A DNA stretch of 64,000 nt from NCBI GenBank assembly GCA_951406725.2, contig OX597822.1, positions 118,420,001 to 118,484,000 on the forward strand, read 5' to 3'. This DNA is from Octopus vulgaris. Lineage: Eukaryota. Positions 63,648 through 64,000 of this stretch are shown here, piece after piece (positions within the stretch are counted from its first letter, which is position 1; every line of letters begins with the position of its first letter). The translations under genes were made by a program, and so were the position numbers. The notes beneath the pieces are model-generated. The model saw only the letters and a list, made by a program, of their open reading frames with translations. It had not been told where the DNA came from and ran no database searches.

Positions 63648-63756
63648 ATTTTGGATGATGCCTGCTTTATTTCTGAAGAAGATGGTTATCGGTTCATTCC
63701 AAAAAGGAATGGTGGATTCCAGTATTGCTGATTCCATAGATTTCCTTGTTGACAAA
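63648..63756 (+). CDS. SPG21: Maspardin coding exon 5 (109 nt); gene continues beyond the window
   Basis: ttttcag|(T)FWMMPALFLKKMVIGSFQKGMVDSSIADSIDFLVDK|gttggt. Phase is consistent with exon 4. Confidence 0.96.
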
Positions 63757-64000
63757 GTTGGTTTTGGTTTTTAACTATTGCATGTCTGAATCCAAATTTT
63801 TTGTCCTTGTTGTTGCTGCTGCTGCTGTTTTAATTTGACTATCTTTAAATTTATTTAACGATATTCTCTGTTAATAGCAACCAAAAATTGTCATCATAGA
63901 ATGCAGAAAGCCATCCTCAGCTCTTTTAATTTATTTTTTTAATAAAACAATTTGTGACACGTTGTTGAATCCTCAGCTTAAACCCTGATCAAGTAGACCT

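Overview
AT-rich, repeat-saturated eukaryotic genomic DNA. The SINE families, microsatellite load and gene style point to a cephalopod (Octopus-like) genome; this is an inference. One host gene is clear: maspardin (SPG21) on the + strand, with five coding exons at 44102-63756 continuing past the window. A candidate promoter and non-coding first exon lie near 17.3-17.5 kb. There is also an intron-containing tRNA-Lys(UUU) at 5651-5737 (-). The rest is nested transposon debris: tRNA-derived SINEs of at least three families, RTE and CR1/L2-type LINE ends, Gypsy fragments, Merlin, Tc1, hAT, Mutator-like, TA- and TTAA-MITEs, Helitrons, and a Penelope-like GIY-YIG fragment. The most notable hidden layer is a set of minimal type I hammerhead ribozyme motifs in Penelope-associated elements, many embedded in (TA)n tracts. 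They include a U3-A8 compensatory variant and a family with a fixed U6 core variant. Other highlights are several long fold-back hairpins, a TSD-flanked chimeric retro-insertion, SINE dimers with a constant junction, and SINE/LINE shared 3' tails. Almost all ORFs in the supplied track are artefacts of repeats. Repeat boundaries are approximate unless TSDs or TIRs are quoted.
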